A stretch of DNA of 64,000 nucleotides from Pirellula sp. Its GTDB lineage: Bacteria; Planctomycetota; Planctomycetia; Pirellulales; Pirellulaceae. A model generated the notes under the pieces. The model did no database searches and was not told the DNA's origin. It worked only from the letters and a program-made list of their open reading frames with translations. Of the stretch, positions 9,901 to 17,947 are shown one piece after another. Where the stretch lies: positions 2,409 to 66,408 of the forward strand of contig JAJTEK010000003.1 in assembly GCA_021299695.1 (NCBI GenBank), in the 5' to 3' direction. Position numbers and translations under genes: made by a program. How positions within the stretch are numbered: the stretch's first letter is position 1; every line of letters starts with the position of its first letter.

Positions 9901-10197
9901 CATAACGTCGAGCATGAGGACATGCGGATGATGTGCAATTTCGAGCCTACCATGAGCGGACGGGTCGATGAAGTCAACCGGCATGATCCGAATGTCAACC
10001 CGGCTGCTCGAACACACGGCCAAGATGTTACGGATCTGTTGACCAATCCCAGCGCCATAGGCGAGATGCCTTGGGAGTCCATCGATGGTTTCCCAAGCTA
10101 TCGATGGGAAGAGAAACCTGTTCCGGGCAAAGATGTCGGCAAAGCTCGGGATCCAATGATACCGTCTCGACGGCCAAGCAAAACCTCGAAGCCCTAG
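6952..10197 (+). CDS. Tat-exported multicopper oxidase (bilirubin oxidase/CotA-like) with large insertions
   Basis: Twin-arginine NRRRFIG after ATG 6952. All four Cu motifs present: HHHG, WYHDH, HPIHVH, HCHNVEHEDMRM (type 1 Cu with axial Met). Confidence 0.9.
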   Translation: MSINRRRFIGATTASAAALGINITETGSARTQDPYEPADKGRIAKLFNKGEQHVLPGWAFRPSKGSPLRIIPHTIRPSRTDTWENLSGGVSHQSTVAPFSQVGNDQVPIGKVMHGVAVEWNGNLIGGNLKFDHDNKAWSPASSSWEAMRERVRPETTDEYGIGDLGNWGKFGVGPENAEPSDAKDSLVRCYKVEMFEKMLPVVPSFPPTLFYTYQGMVPGPTFRFRHGMPAVVRFQNHLQTEVAIHHHGGHNPTHSDGFPSFYVLQGESRDYLYPNILPLRINKEGLSELDFGEGQSTTWYHDHGLDATAFNVMRGLSGFALWFDEIELKLIRQGVLPGLGAISSYDPDLEREARLLGAAWKTFKEANPKSYWSKRHQLAKKNLPDSEEKPGVEFDRFYREVETPYFNPYDLPLVLQDRVIDPLTGQILYDSDGHNGYIGNTQLINGVPWPEIQVKSRKYRLRLLDGSNARIYRLRFLDKDTLGLHPTGRPDGSVEPNRIPEDRLEGSSMDFLRIGKDSWLWPTPQKRKSLLLNMANRADIIVDFKAWFDAAERAGRLNADGHAEYYMVNTMPQFDGRGPKGKLAEDAGDPNVFPLPFELDDQNPVVQQMIATGQIPPALFGEGPLARMRELDQPIALVKFVITRDMGEGPDATIDENTILRPRHAILDEDVMAVREFIFERGKGAWMVNSRFYDPTISNASTIIGIKGQNFEVPSGQPNTPPTLKPSLSYAEEWIFRNGGGGWWHPIHVHLEGHQLVGYEKDFEADGLVGADGLLGAQGQGQMTGLPDWEQLVSTYGLDPLILGKPKIDPTLIDLRDTLIGKRHLSQLIASQKELRTWLPSAGIPLTPSQAKTLGEDWSPQSYRMVLEWFDSFPPVDQNRIGRWSLEQFYREEMDKEPKFRILLDRPSSGAALFETILGKFGNRLLGVPATVRAIVDGLRKLRLQWAGDAVGNHDTQALGPNTVARVRMRFRTWSGPLVFHCHNVEHEDMRMMCNFEPTMSGRVDEVNRHDPNVNPAARTHGQDVTDLLTNPSAIGEMPWESIDGFPSYRWEEKPVPGKDVGKARDPMIPSRRPSKTSKP

Positions 10198-10284
10198 ATT
10201 GCCGGAAGACTTGGATAGGACAATCGTCGATCCGATCGAGCATCGGATCTTAGCGTTCGTACAACTGCCTCTTGGACTCCCTCT

Positions 10285-10914
10285 ATGAACTTTTTCCCAC
10301 TTTGGAACCCACCTGAGCTGAATGCACCGCGAAGACCGAAGCGTTCGGATCTATTCGCTAATGTGCACGTTACGAATCAGTTTGGTGATTCGTTTCGCTT
10401 TCACGAGGACCTTATCCAAGGCAAGGCGGTGATCATCAACACGATGTTTACCGTCTGTCGTGGCAGTTGCCCAGGAACCAGCGAGACTCTGCAGCGGTTG
10501 CGTCAACCGCTGAGCAAGCTATTGAGCAAAAGGGTCACGATCCTATCGATCACGATCGATCCTTTGGTCGATCGCACCGCAGAGCTTTTAAACTACGCCG
10601 ATAACTATGGAGCCGGGAAGCCTGCGGACCAGAAAACCTGCGACTGGTTCTTCCTCAACGCATCGATAGAAAACACCGAAATCCTCCGCAGGAGCTTGGG
10701 TTTCTACGATCTGGATAACAAGGTCGATCAAGACATTTCCAGGCACGCCTCGCTGCTTCTGTTTGGAAACGACGTTTACGATCGCTGGTCGACGTCTCCG
10801 ACCCAAGTGCGAGACGGACTGATTTTTGAGCCCCTTCGACGGATTCTAGGATCGACCCTCGAAGAGCGATTTGGCATTTCCGATCAAGCAACATCAAAGC
10901 GACCAAGATCATGA
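10285..10914 (+). CDS. SCO1/SenC-family copper chaperone
   Basis: FTVCRGSCP (CxxxC), SITIDP, conserved His in SRHAS; directly downstream of the MCO. Confidence 0.85.
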   Translation: MNFFPLWNPPELNAPRRPKRSDLFANVHVTNQFGDSFRFHEDLIQGKAVIINTMFTVCRGSCPGTSETLQRLRQPLSKLLSKRVTILSITIDPLVDRTAELLNYADNYGAGKPADQKTCDWFFLNASIENTEILRRSLGFYDLDNKVDQDISRHASLLLFGNDVYDRWSTSPTQVRDGLIFEPLRRILGSTLEERFGISDQATSKRPRS

Positions 10915-13900
10915 CGCGACTGTCTCAGAAACCTATCTCTCGATCGACCACTTGGATCCTTGGCGGCTCCGCTTTGTTGCTTGGACTTCAGGATCAAATG
11001 GTCCTTGGGCAATACAATTTTCCGAATACTGAAAAAGCCAAATCAGGACCACTCGCTGCCCGCGAAGTGGAGGATTCCTCGCACCTAGTCGGTCACGAGA
11101 ATCCGATCCTCATGAAGCGGATCGAGGATGCGCTGCAGGAATGGGATCCGAGGTACCTAGACAGTCCTTATCTCAAGCGTACTTACACCGACGAAGGTAA
11201 ACGGTTCGCTTTAAGGCGTCCTGATCTAGCGGAATTTGTGACCGATGTCGACGAAGCCGTCGCGTTGGGTAAAGCACTCTTTTGGGATATGCAACTCGGA
11301 AGCGATTACGGAAGTAAAGCAGCAGACGGGAAGTTGCTCGGCACCGCTTGCGCATCGTGCCATTATCGATTCGGCGCCGATGCCCGCGATCGAAACAGTT
11401 ATACGATCGCTTACCAAGCTTGGGACAAGTTCTTTGAAGGCCGGCCGATGGTTCAAAGGCCTGCCGAGGACAAGCCTGGTCCGAGTGAGCCATTCGCACA
11501 GAGAAGTCTGCCTTACACCCCCGACGGTGAGAGGACTCTTGAGCGAAGGGATTTTTCCGAGTGGGGGCTCGGCCTGCTGCAGCACGAAGCCGTAGGCTCA
11601 CAAGGCATTCAAAAACGGCTTTTCAGAGGATTCGGCCAAGATGGCAGCGAGCTCTTTGCACCGATCGGTAAGCCCGATTGGGGGTATCTTGCTTACAACA
11701 TGTTCGGCGTAGGAGACGCAGTGACCCGACAGGTGACACGTCGAAACTCTCCATCGGTGATCAATTCGGTCTTCCATGATCGACAGTTCCATGACGCCCG
11801 CGCTGAATCGACATTCAATGGATTCTCGATCTTCGGTGATTTCGATAAACGAATGATCTTGAAAAAGGCGATGCTCGACTCCGACGGCAAGTTGCTTTCG
11901 TACCACCCTGTCTCCGTCGCTTTGGTCAACGCTTCGTTGGCATCCCAAGCGGTGGGTCCGGTAGTCAACGATGTCGAAATGTCCTTCGCGGGTCGAACCT
12001 TCCACGATATCGCAACGAGGTTGCTCTACGCACAACCTTTGGCAAGTCAAATCACCGACACAAGCGACAGCTTGCTCCGTAGGTACGTCCGCCAAGAGAT
12101 CATTCAAAAGCCCGATGAAGCAGCTTGTTGTACGACGCTAGCAGGACTTTACGATCCATCTCGACCTGGAAGCAAGTTGACCTATCGCGATTGGATCAAG
12201 AAAGCATTTCGCAAGGAATGGTGGGAGAACAGCAAACCGTTGAGCCAAGACCAGTCGCTTGTCGAGCGTCTGGAGTATTCCAAGAAGCATTTTGTTGAGG
12301 TCCTCTCAACCTGCACCCTTCAACCCGAAGTTCTTGAGGAAATCTCGAGCATCCTGGCCAACCAAGACCTTCGGTATCCTGCCGAACGAGTCCTCATGAC
12401 GCTCGAAAAATATGAGATCTCCGATCCCAAACGGATCGAAACCCAGCAAAGTCACTGGAAGCTTGTGCTCCATGCCGCCCAGCATTGGGCGGGAGTGGAA
12501 GGTGAAATCTTGCCCCTGCGGACCGCGGTTTATGATATCGAGGATCTTCGTGAGCATCGCCTCGATCTCGATGAGCAGCTTGCCAAAACCGCCCTATTTG
12601 GCTCGGAGGATGGGGTCTTTCCTCAAGACGATCTGATGGTCAATAACTTCAGTCTCTACTTCGGGATCGCGGTGATGCTTTATGAGTCGACGCTGATTTC
12701 CAACGACTCACCCTTTGACCAAATGCTCCGAGGAAATCCAGCCGGGGTCGAAGATGTGTGGCAGAAAACAACTGCCAACTCGGAAGTCCTTCGCTTGGTT
12801 CCTAAGCCAGGGGAAACGGTTCCCAGCCAGGTGGTTCCCGAAGAACCCAATAACGATGAAAACGTTCGAAAGGTAATGCTCGACAAGTTCCCAACGCTCA
12901 ATGCACCACCGGTTCTCGATGCGACAGGAATGTTCCAAAGGGGCTTGAGGGTATTTGTTCGGAACTGTGCTGAGTGCCATGAACCACCTTTCTTCACGAC
13001 CGCAGTCAACCTGGAACTCGATCCAGATTTGCCGGACCCGATCGCCAAACTCCATGGATACACGCTCGTTCGAAATGCCTTTGCCGATGCGTTCAAAGAG
13101 CGGATGATCGCCAACGGCGTACCCCATGGAGTGGGAGTCAACGATGCGGTTCGGCCACTGCTTGGCAATCGACGATTTTACTTCGATCAAGAGCGGATAC
13201 CGGATATCGAGGCCTTGGTCGGCCCTCTGTTGATCGAGCTGATGAGAATTCCCGACAGAAGGCCCACGAGTTTCTTTCCTGCCTTGGTTTTTCCAGGTGC
13301 TGGAAAGCCCGATCGCAAGCCGATGATCACTTGGACCGGAACCCGCCCCCCGCTTGAATTTGAGCCGAGCCCTAAGCCCGGTGAAGACCCTGTCGATCCT
13401 TACGCGTTTTACGATCAGGGTTACTACAACTTGGGTGTGTCTGAACCTCGCTATGACTGGGGAGTCTGGGCCTACTCAGGCTCCGAGGACTCGATCTCGA
13501 TCGCCCAGGTGCAGCGACTGCTGATCGAAACCCCGCGGGCAGACCTTCAAGCCCGGGGGCTGAGCGAAAAGGCGGTAGAGGAGCTTCTTGAAATCGTTGA
13601 GAAAGAGGTGAAAGAAATCAAAGGTAAGGCCCCTGGTGCCGCGTCTATCCCAAGTCTTGGGACCGCTTACCGCTTGCCCAAGCTCAAGCAGGGACGCGAT
13701 ACAGGGATCAGCCGACAGGAAAAAAACGAGGAGATCCTGAGGGTATTGGATACCGCGCCTGACTACATTCGCCAGGACGCTCAGGCGCTGTTGCAATACC
13801 TAACCACCCAGGGCGTCGACCATAGCGCCAATCGCGCCTTTTTGGATTACGCGAAATTCGGGCATCGCAAAGACATCCACTTTTTCAAGCGAGCAAGACG

Positions 13901-14411
13901 CATGGTGATGTCCGAGGAAACCTGGGGGCATCGTAAGCCATTTATATCCGACAACGAACTCATGGGATGGGGTGCTTTCAAGACTCCTTCTTTGCGAAAC
14001 ATCGCGTTGACAGAACCCTACATGCACAACGGGCGTTATGTATCGCTTCGACAGGTCATCGAGTTCTATAGTTTCGACAATCCCGACCTGATCCCAGCAG
14101 ACCCGGTCTCTAACCCGGATCTGCACCCCGAGATGGGGCGGTTGCCTCTGAACCATGACGGGCGGATCGACCAAGGAGATGGAAAAGCCAACTTGGTCCA
14201 AATCCAGGATGCCGAATCCCTGCTGTTTTTCCTGCTGTGTCTGACCGACCAGCGGGTTGAGTACGAGAAAGCGCCCTTCGACCATCCATCGATCACACTC
14301 GTCAATGGTTTCAGCAATTCCAGCATCCATTCCGAAAATGCGATCGAGATCGCTCCTGTAGGAGCCAATGGGTACAAGGATCCCCCTTCGCAATTCCCAA
14401 GCTCGAACTAG
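10911..14411 (+). CDS. Large diheme cytochrome c peroxidase/MauG-superfamily protein (1166 aa)
   Basis: Sec-like signal; LGKALFWD..CASCH, RNSPSVIN, CAECH, FKTPSLRNIALTEPYMHNG, QVIEFY, APFDHP. ATGA overlap with the SCO stop. Confidence 0.88.
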   Translation: MTRLSQKPISRSTTWILGGSALLLGLQDQMVLGQYNFPNTEKAKSGPLAAREVEDSSHLVGHENPILMKRIEDALQEWDPRYLDSPYLKRTYTDEGKRFALRRPDLAEFVTDVDEAVALGKALFWDMQLGSDYGSKAADGKLLGTACASCHYRFGADARDRNSYTIAYQAWDKFFEGRPMVQRPAEDKPGPSEPFAQRSLPYTPDGERTLERRDFSEWGLGLLQHEAVGSQGIQKRLFRGFGQDGSELFAPIGKPDWGYLAYNMFGVGDAVTRQVTRRNSPSVINSVFHDRQFHDARAESTFNGFSIFGDFDKRMILKKAMLDSDGKLLSYHPVSVALVNASLASQAVGPVVNDVEMSFAGRTFHDIATRLLYAQPLASQITDTSDSLLRRYVRQEIIQKPDEAACCTTLAGLYDPSRPGSKLTYRDWIKKAFRKEWWENSKPLSQDQSLVERLEYSKKHFVEVLSTCTLQPEVLEEISSILANQDLRYPAERVLMTLEKYEISDPKRIETQQSHWKLVLHAAQHWAGVEGEILPLRTAVYDIEDLREHRLDLDEQLAKTALFGSEDGVFPQDDLMVNNFSLYFGIAVMLYESTLISNDSPFDQMLRGNPAGVEDVWQKTTANSEVLRLVPKPGETVPSQVVPEEPNNDENVRKVMLDKFPTLNAPPVLDATGMFQRGLRVFVRNCAECHEPPFFTTAVNLELDPDLPDPIAKLHGYTLVRNAFADAFKERMIANGVPHGVGVNDAVRPLLGNRRFYFDQERIPDIEALVGPLLIELMRIPDRRPTSFFPALVFPGAGKPDRKPMITWTGTRPPLEFEPSPKPGEDPVDPYAFYDQGYYNLGVSEPRYDWGVWAYSGSEDSISIAQVQRLLIETPRADLQARGLSEKAVEELLEIVEKEVKEIKGKAPGAASIPSLGTAYRLPKLKQGRDTGISRQEKNEEILRVLDTAPDYIRQDAQALLQYLTTQGVDHSANRAFLDYAKFGHRKDIHFFKRARRMVMSEETWGHRKPFISDNELMGWGAFKTPSLRNIALTEPYMHNGRYVSLRQVIEFYSFDNPDLIPADPVSNPDLHPEMGRLPLNHDGRIDQGDGKANLVQIQDAESLLFFLLCLTDQRVEYEKAPFDHPSITLVNGFSNSSIHSENAIEIAPVGANGYKDPPSQFPSSN

Positions 14412-16396
14412 TGGTCGGCCGACAATGCGATCGGATTATTGGTCTGGAGTCTTACCATCTGTTGATAGATGCCGTCGGCTTCGACCAACTCCGCATGCGT
14501 CCCTTGCTGCACGATCTTGCCCTGATCGAGAACCAAGATTACGTCCGCGTTTTGGATGGTACTGAGTCGATGGGCGATAACAAACGAGGTTCGCGAGCGC
14601 AGGAGCAGTTTCAAACTCTGCTGGATCGCTTGTTCGCTCTCGCTGTCGAGGTTGCTGGTTGCCTCGTCGAGAATGAGTATTTTTGGATCGGCGAGAATGG
14701 CCCTTGCGATCGCGATCCTTTGACGTTGTCCACCGCTGAGTTTGAAGCCTCTTTCTCCGATACGCGTTTGGTATCCGCTCGGTGACTTCGAGATGAATTC
14801 ATGTGCTGCGGCGGCTCGGGCCGCGTGTTCGATTGCTTGCGTACTGGCGTGGCGATTCCCGTAAGCGATATTTTCCGCGATGGTTCCATCGAAGAGAAAT
14901 ACGTCCTGTTCTACGATGCCCAGCAATTGCCGAAAGCTATCGAGATCGACGGTTTCAAGAGCCTTTTGATCGATCGAGATCGAACCGGAACTCGGAATGA
15001 AAAACCGAGCGATCAAATTGCATAGCGTCGTTTTCCCAGCGCCGCTGCGTCCGACGATCGCGATGGTCTGACCGGGCTTTGCGATAAAGGAGATCCCAGA
15101 GAGGACTTCTTGGTCGTTCTCGGGGTATTGGAAATGTACGTTTCGAAATTCGATTCGTCCGGAGACTTGTTCCCGCGATAACTTGATCAATTCCTTGGGT
15201 TGTCCACCTGCGGAGTCAGTTGGGTACCTCCTGTTGATTTCCTGCGCTTCGGTCTCGGTCGCAAGCAGATCAAGGATACGATCGAGTCCAGCGAGGTTGT
15301 TTTGGAATTGAACCGCGCTGCCCGTGAGGGTTGCGATCGGACCGAGAAGCATAGCGAGGTAAACCAAGAACATCATCAGGTCACCGAGGGTCAATTGGTC
15401 TTGGAGTATTTGCCAGCCCCCGTAGACCAGCAGGAGGGTTGATGCAAGCGGGATGAGAACCTCCCAGATCACCTCGATCAAACGGGTGCGCCACCATACC
15501 AGGAGGACTTGACGTACTGCATAGTGATTGCCGCGAACATAACGCTGTGATTCGCTTCGTTTTCTACCAAAGGTTCGCACGACTCGAATGCCAGAGAATG
15601 TCTCGGTCGAATTCCCGTCGATCTTCTGGCGTGTGGCTCGCAAATCTCGATACAACGGGCGGATCCGGTAGATCCAGGTTCTATGCGTCAAATAAACGAC
15701 AGGCAGGAGCAATAGTCCTGCGGCCAGGAGTCGCCAATCGACAATGACCAGAACGATGAAACTGCCGATCAATTGCACGATCGCTTGCCAAGGGTTGTAG
15801 AGCATGCTGAAGACCAAATCGGCAATCCCGCCTGCATCTTCTCTGAGGAGGCTTGCAGAACCACCGCTTTTGAGCAGTTGCACTCGATGCAATGGCATCT
15901 CCAGCATGTGTTCGAACACTTTTTTGCGGATCGATGTCTGCACTTGATTGACCGCCTTGGTGCATTCCCATCGACCCCAAAGATGAGCGCAGGTTCGAAG
16001 CAGGGTGACGGAGGTCACAGCGACCGCGATCCAGATGAGCAAATTCAACCCAGTGGTTTGCTTGAGCCAATCGGGAAACCAATCCGGTGTAGGCTTGGGG
16101 GGACTGGTCAGTGCAAAGTCGATCGCGAACTTTGTCCCAAGCGGGGGCAGCAGGCTCAAGAGGGTCGAGACGGTCAGTGTCGCCAGGCCGATCAGGATCT
16201 GCCGACGGTGTCCGGATAACAGTTGGATGAATTCACGGAACAAGGTCCAAAAGGAGCGGTGCGAGCGTTGGACTAATTTGTCTTTCTCCTGACCCGACAT
16301 CGTCGAGTGGAAGGAGTCGTAGTCCTGCTTGCGGTCGGACCCAGATTTCCGGAGATCCTCGACGTATCGACGGAAATCAAATCGGCTAGTTGGCAT
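14408..16396 (-). CDS. ABC exporter, fused permease/ATPase (MsbA-like)
   Basis: 6-TM domain; Walker A GRSGAGKT, LSGGQRQR signature, ILILDEATS, IAHRLST. Confidence 0.93.
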   Translation of the reverse strand: MPTSRFDFRRYVEDLRKSGSDRKQDYDSFHSTMSGQEKDKLVQRSHRSFWTLFREFIQLLSGHRRQILIGLATLTVSTLLSLLPPLGTKFAIDFALTSPPKPTPDWFPDWLKQTTGLNLLIWIAVAVTSVTLLRTCAHLWGRWECTKAVNQVQTSIRKKVFEHMLEMPLHRVQLLKSGGSASLLREDAGGIADLVFSMLYNPWQAIVQLIGSFIVLVIVDWRLLAAGLLLLPVVYLTHRTWIYRIRPLYRDLRATRQKIDGNSTETFSGIRVVRTFGRKRSESQRYVRGNHYAVRQVLLVWWRTRLIEVIWEVLIPLASTLLLVYGGWQILQDQLTLGDLMMFLVYLAMLLGPIATLTGSAVQFQNNLAGLDRILDLLATETEAQEINRRYPTDSAGGQPKELIKLSREQVSGRIEFRNVHFQYPENDQEVLSGISFIAKPGQTIAIVGRSGAGKTTLCNLIARFFIPSSGSISIDQKALETVDLDSFRQLLGIVEQDVFLFDGTIAENIAYGNRHASTQAIEHAARAAAAHEFISKSPSGYQTRIGERGFKLSGGQRQRIAIARAILADPKILILDEATSNLDSESEQAIQQSLKLLLRSRTSFVIAHRLSTIQNADVILVLDQGKIVQQGTHAELVEADGIYQQMVRLQTNNPIALSADH

Positions 16397-16458
16397 TTGG
16401 ACTCTTCGCTGGTGAACGCATCGGGGAGCCGAACACCTGCGCCGACTCTGCGGGTATT

Positions 16459-17943
16459 CTACGCGAGAATTTCCGTGACGACTCTCTGTTTTTCCACTCC
16501 GGTCAGACGTTGGTCCAATCCTTGGAATTTATAGGTGAATCGCTCGTGGTCGATGCCCATGCAGTGCAGGATTGTGGCGTTCAAATCGTTGATGTTCACG
16601 GGATTTTCCGTGATGTTGTAGCTGAAATCGTCGGTTTGACCGAAGGTCATGCCACCCTTGATTCCACCGCCAGCCATCCACATGCAAAAATTCCTCGGGT
16701 GGTGATCTCGGCCATAGTTGTCCTTGGACAAGCCACCTTGGCTGTAGACAGTCCGCCCGAATTCACCTCCCCAGACGACCAACGTGTCTTGGAGCAACCC
16801 TCGGCGTTTAAGGTCCTTGATCAGGGCGGCGATGGGTTGATCGGTCTGCTTGCATTGGTTCCCAATCTGCCTTGGCAAATCGCCGTGTTGGTCCCATCCG
16901 CGATGGAGCAATTGAACGACTCGCACACCTCGCTCGACGAGGCGGCGGGCTAGAAGGGCACTGTGTGCGAACGAACCGGGGTCTCGGACGGCGGGCCCAT
17001 ACATCTCGAGCGTCTCTGCGGTTTCGGTTTCGATGTTGGTCAACTCCGGTACGCTCGCTTGCATCCGAAAGCCCATCTCGTACTGGGCGATTCGGGTGGC
17101 CGTTTCTGGATCTCCGAATTCGGTCTGCGAAGCTTGATTCAATGCCTGGAGCGAGTCGAGCATCAGTCGGCGATCGTCGCGGCTGACACCTGTAGGATTC
17201 GGAAGGTACAAAACCGGATCCCCACTTCCTCTCAGGGCTACCCCATTAAACCGGGTGGGTAGAAATCCGCTGGCCCACATACGGCTGAACAGTGCTTGGC
17301 CATTGCTGTCTTCGGGGAATTTCGGCGTAAAGACAACGAAGGCCGGAAGGTCGTTGCTCTCGCTACCGAGACCGTAGGCGAGCCATGAGCCGATACTCCC
17401 TTTGCCGGGGACTTCCGAACCGGTCATGACGAACGTGCAGGCCGGATCGTGGTTGATCGCGTTGGTGAAAACGGATTTGACCAGTGCGATCTCGTCGACG
17501 ACTTCGCTGGTATAAGGGAATAGATCGACGTTGGTCCACATTCCGCATTTCCCTCGCTGTTCGTATTTGAACTTCGATGGAGCTACGGGAAATCGGGTCT
17601 GACCGCTGGTCATCGTCGATAAACGCTGACCGCCTTGGACGCTCGGTGGAAGGTCTTTATCGTAGTATTCAGCCAGTCCTGGTTTGTAGTCCCATGTATC
17701 GATCTGGGAGGGTGCTCCATTCATGTGCAGATAGATGATGGATTTGGCTTTTGGCGGGAAATGAGGCAGGCCTGGTAAAGCCGGATGGACTTTCGAGGAG
17801 GGCTGCCCGGGATCGGCGAGCAAACGCGGCAATTGCGACTGGTTTGCAAGCAATGCTGTGGCGAGTCCACCGAATCTGAGCCCTGAGGAACCAAAAAAAT
17901 TTCTGCGGCTAAGCCGCATCTGTAGATCATGGAGGTCGTTCAT
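16459..17943 (-). CDS. DUF1501 domain-containing protein (Tat signal)
   Basis: LSRRNFF; [43 protein letters not shown]. Start set to ATG 17943, 5 bp after the upstream stop. Confidence 0.88.
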   Translation of the reverse strand: MNDLHDLQMRLSRRNFFGSSGLRFGGLATALLANQSQLPRLLADPGQPSSKVHPALPGLPHFPPKAKSIIYLHMNGAPSQIDTWDYKPGLAEYYDKDLPPSVQGGQRLSTMTSGQTRFPVAPSKFKYEQRGKCGMWTNVDLFPYTSEVVDEIALVKSVFTNAINHDPACTFVMTGSEVPGKGSIGSWLAYGLGSESNDLPAFVVFTPKFPEDSNGQALFSRMWASGFLPTRFNGVALRGSGDPVLYLPNPTGVSRDDRRLMLDSLQALNQASQTEFGDPETATRIAQYEMGFRMQASVPELTNIETETAETLEMYGPAVRDPGSFAHSALLARRLVERGVRVVQLLHRGWDQHGDLPRQIGNQCKQTDQPIAALIKDLKRRGLLQDTLVVWGGEFGRTVYSQGGLSKDNYGRDHHPRNFCMWMAGGGIKGGMTFGQTDDFSYNITENPVNINDLNATILHCMGIDHERFTYKFQGLDQRLTGVEKQRVVTEILA

Positions 17944-17947
17944 GGGA

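Noticed and set aside
10229-10249. Hairpin GATCCGAT-cgagc-ATCGGATC between the MCO and SCO genes
   Set aside because: No U-tract and built from common GATC words; not supportable as a terminator, though it could stabilise mRNA.
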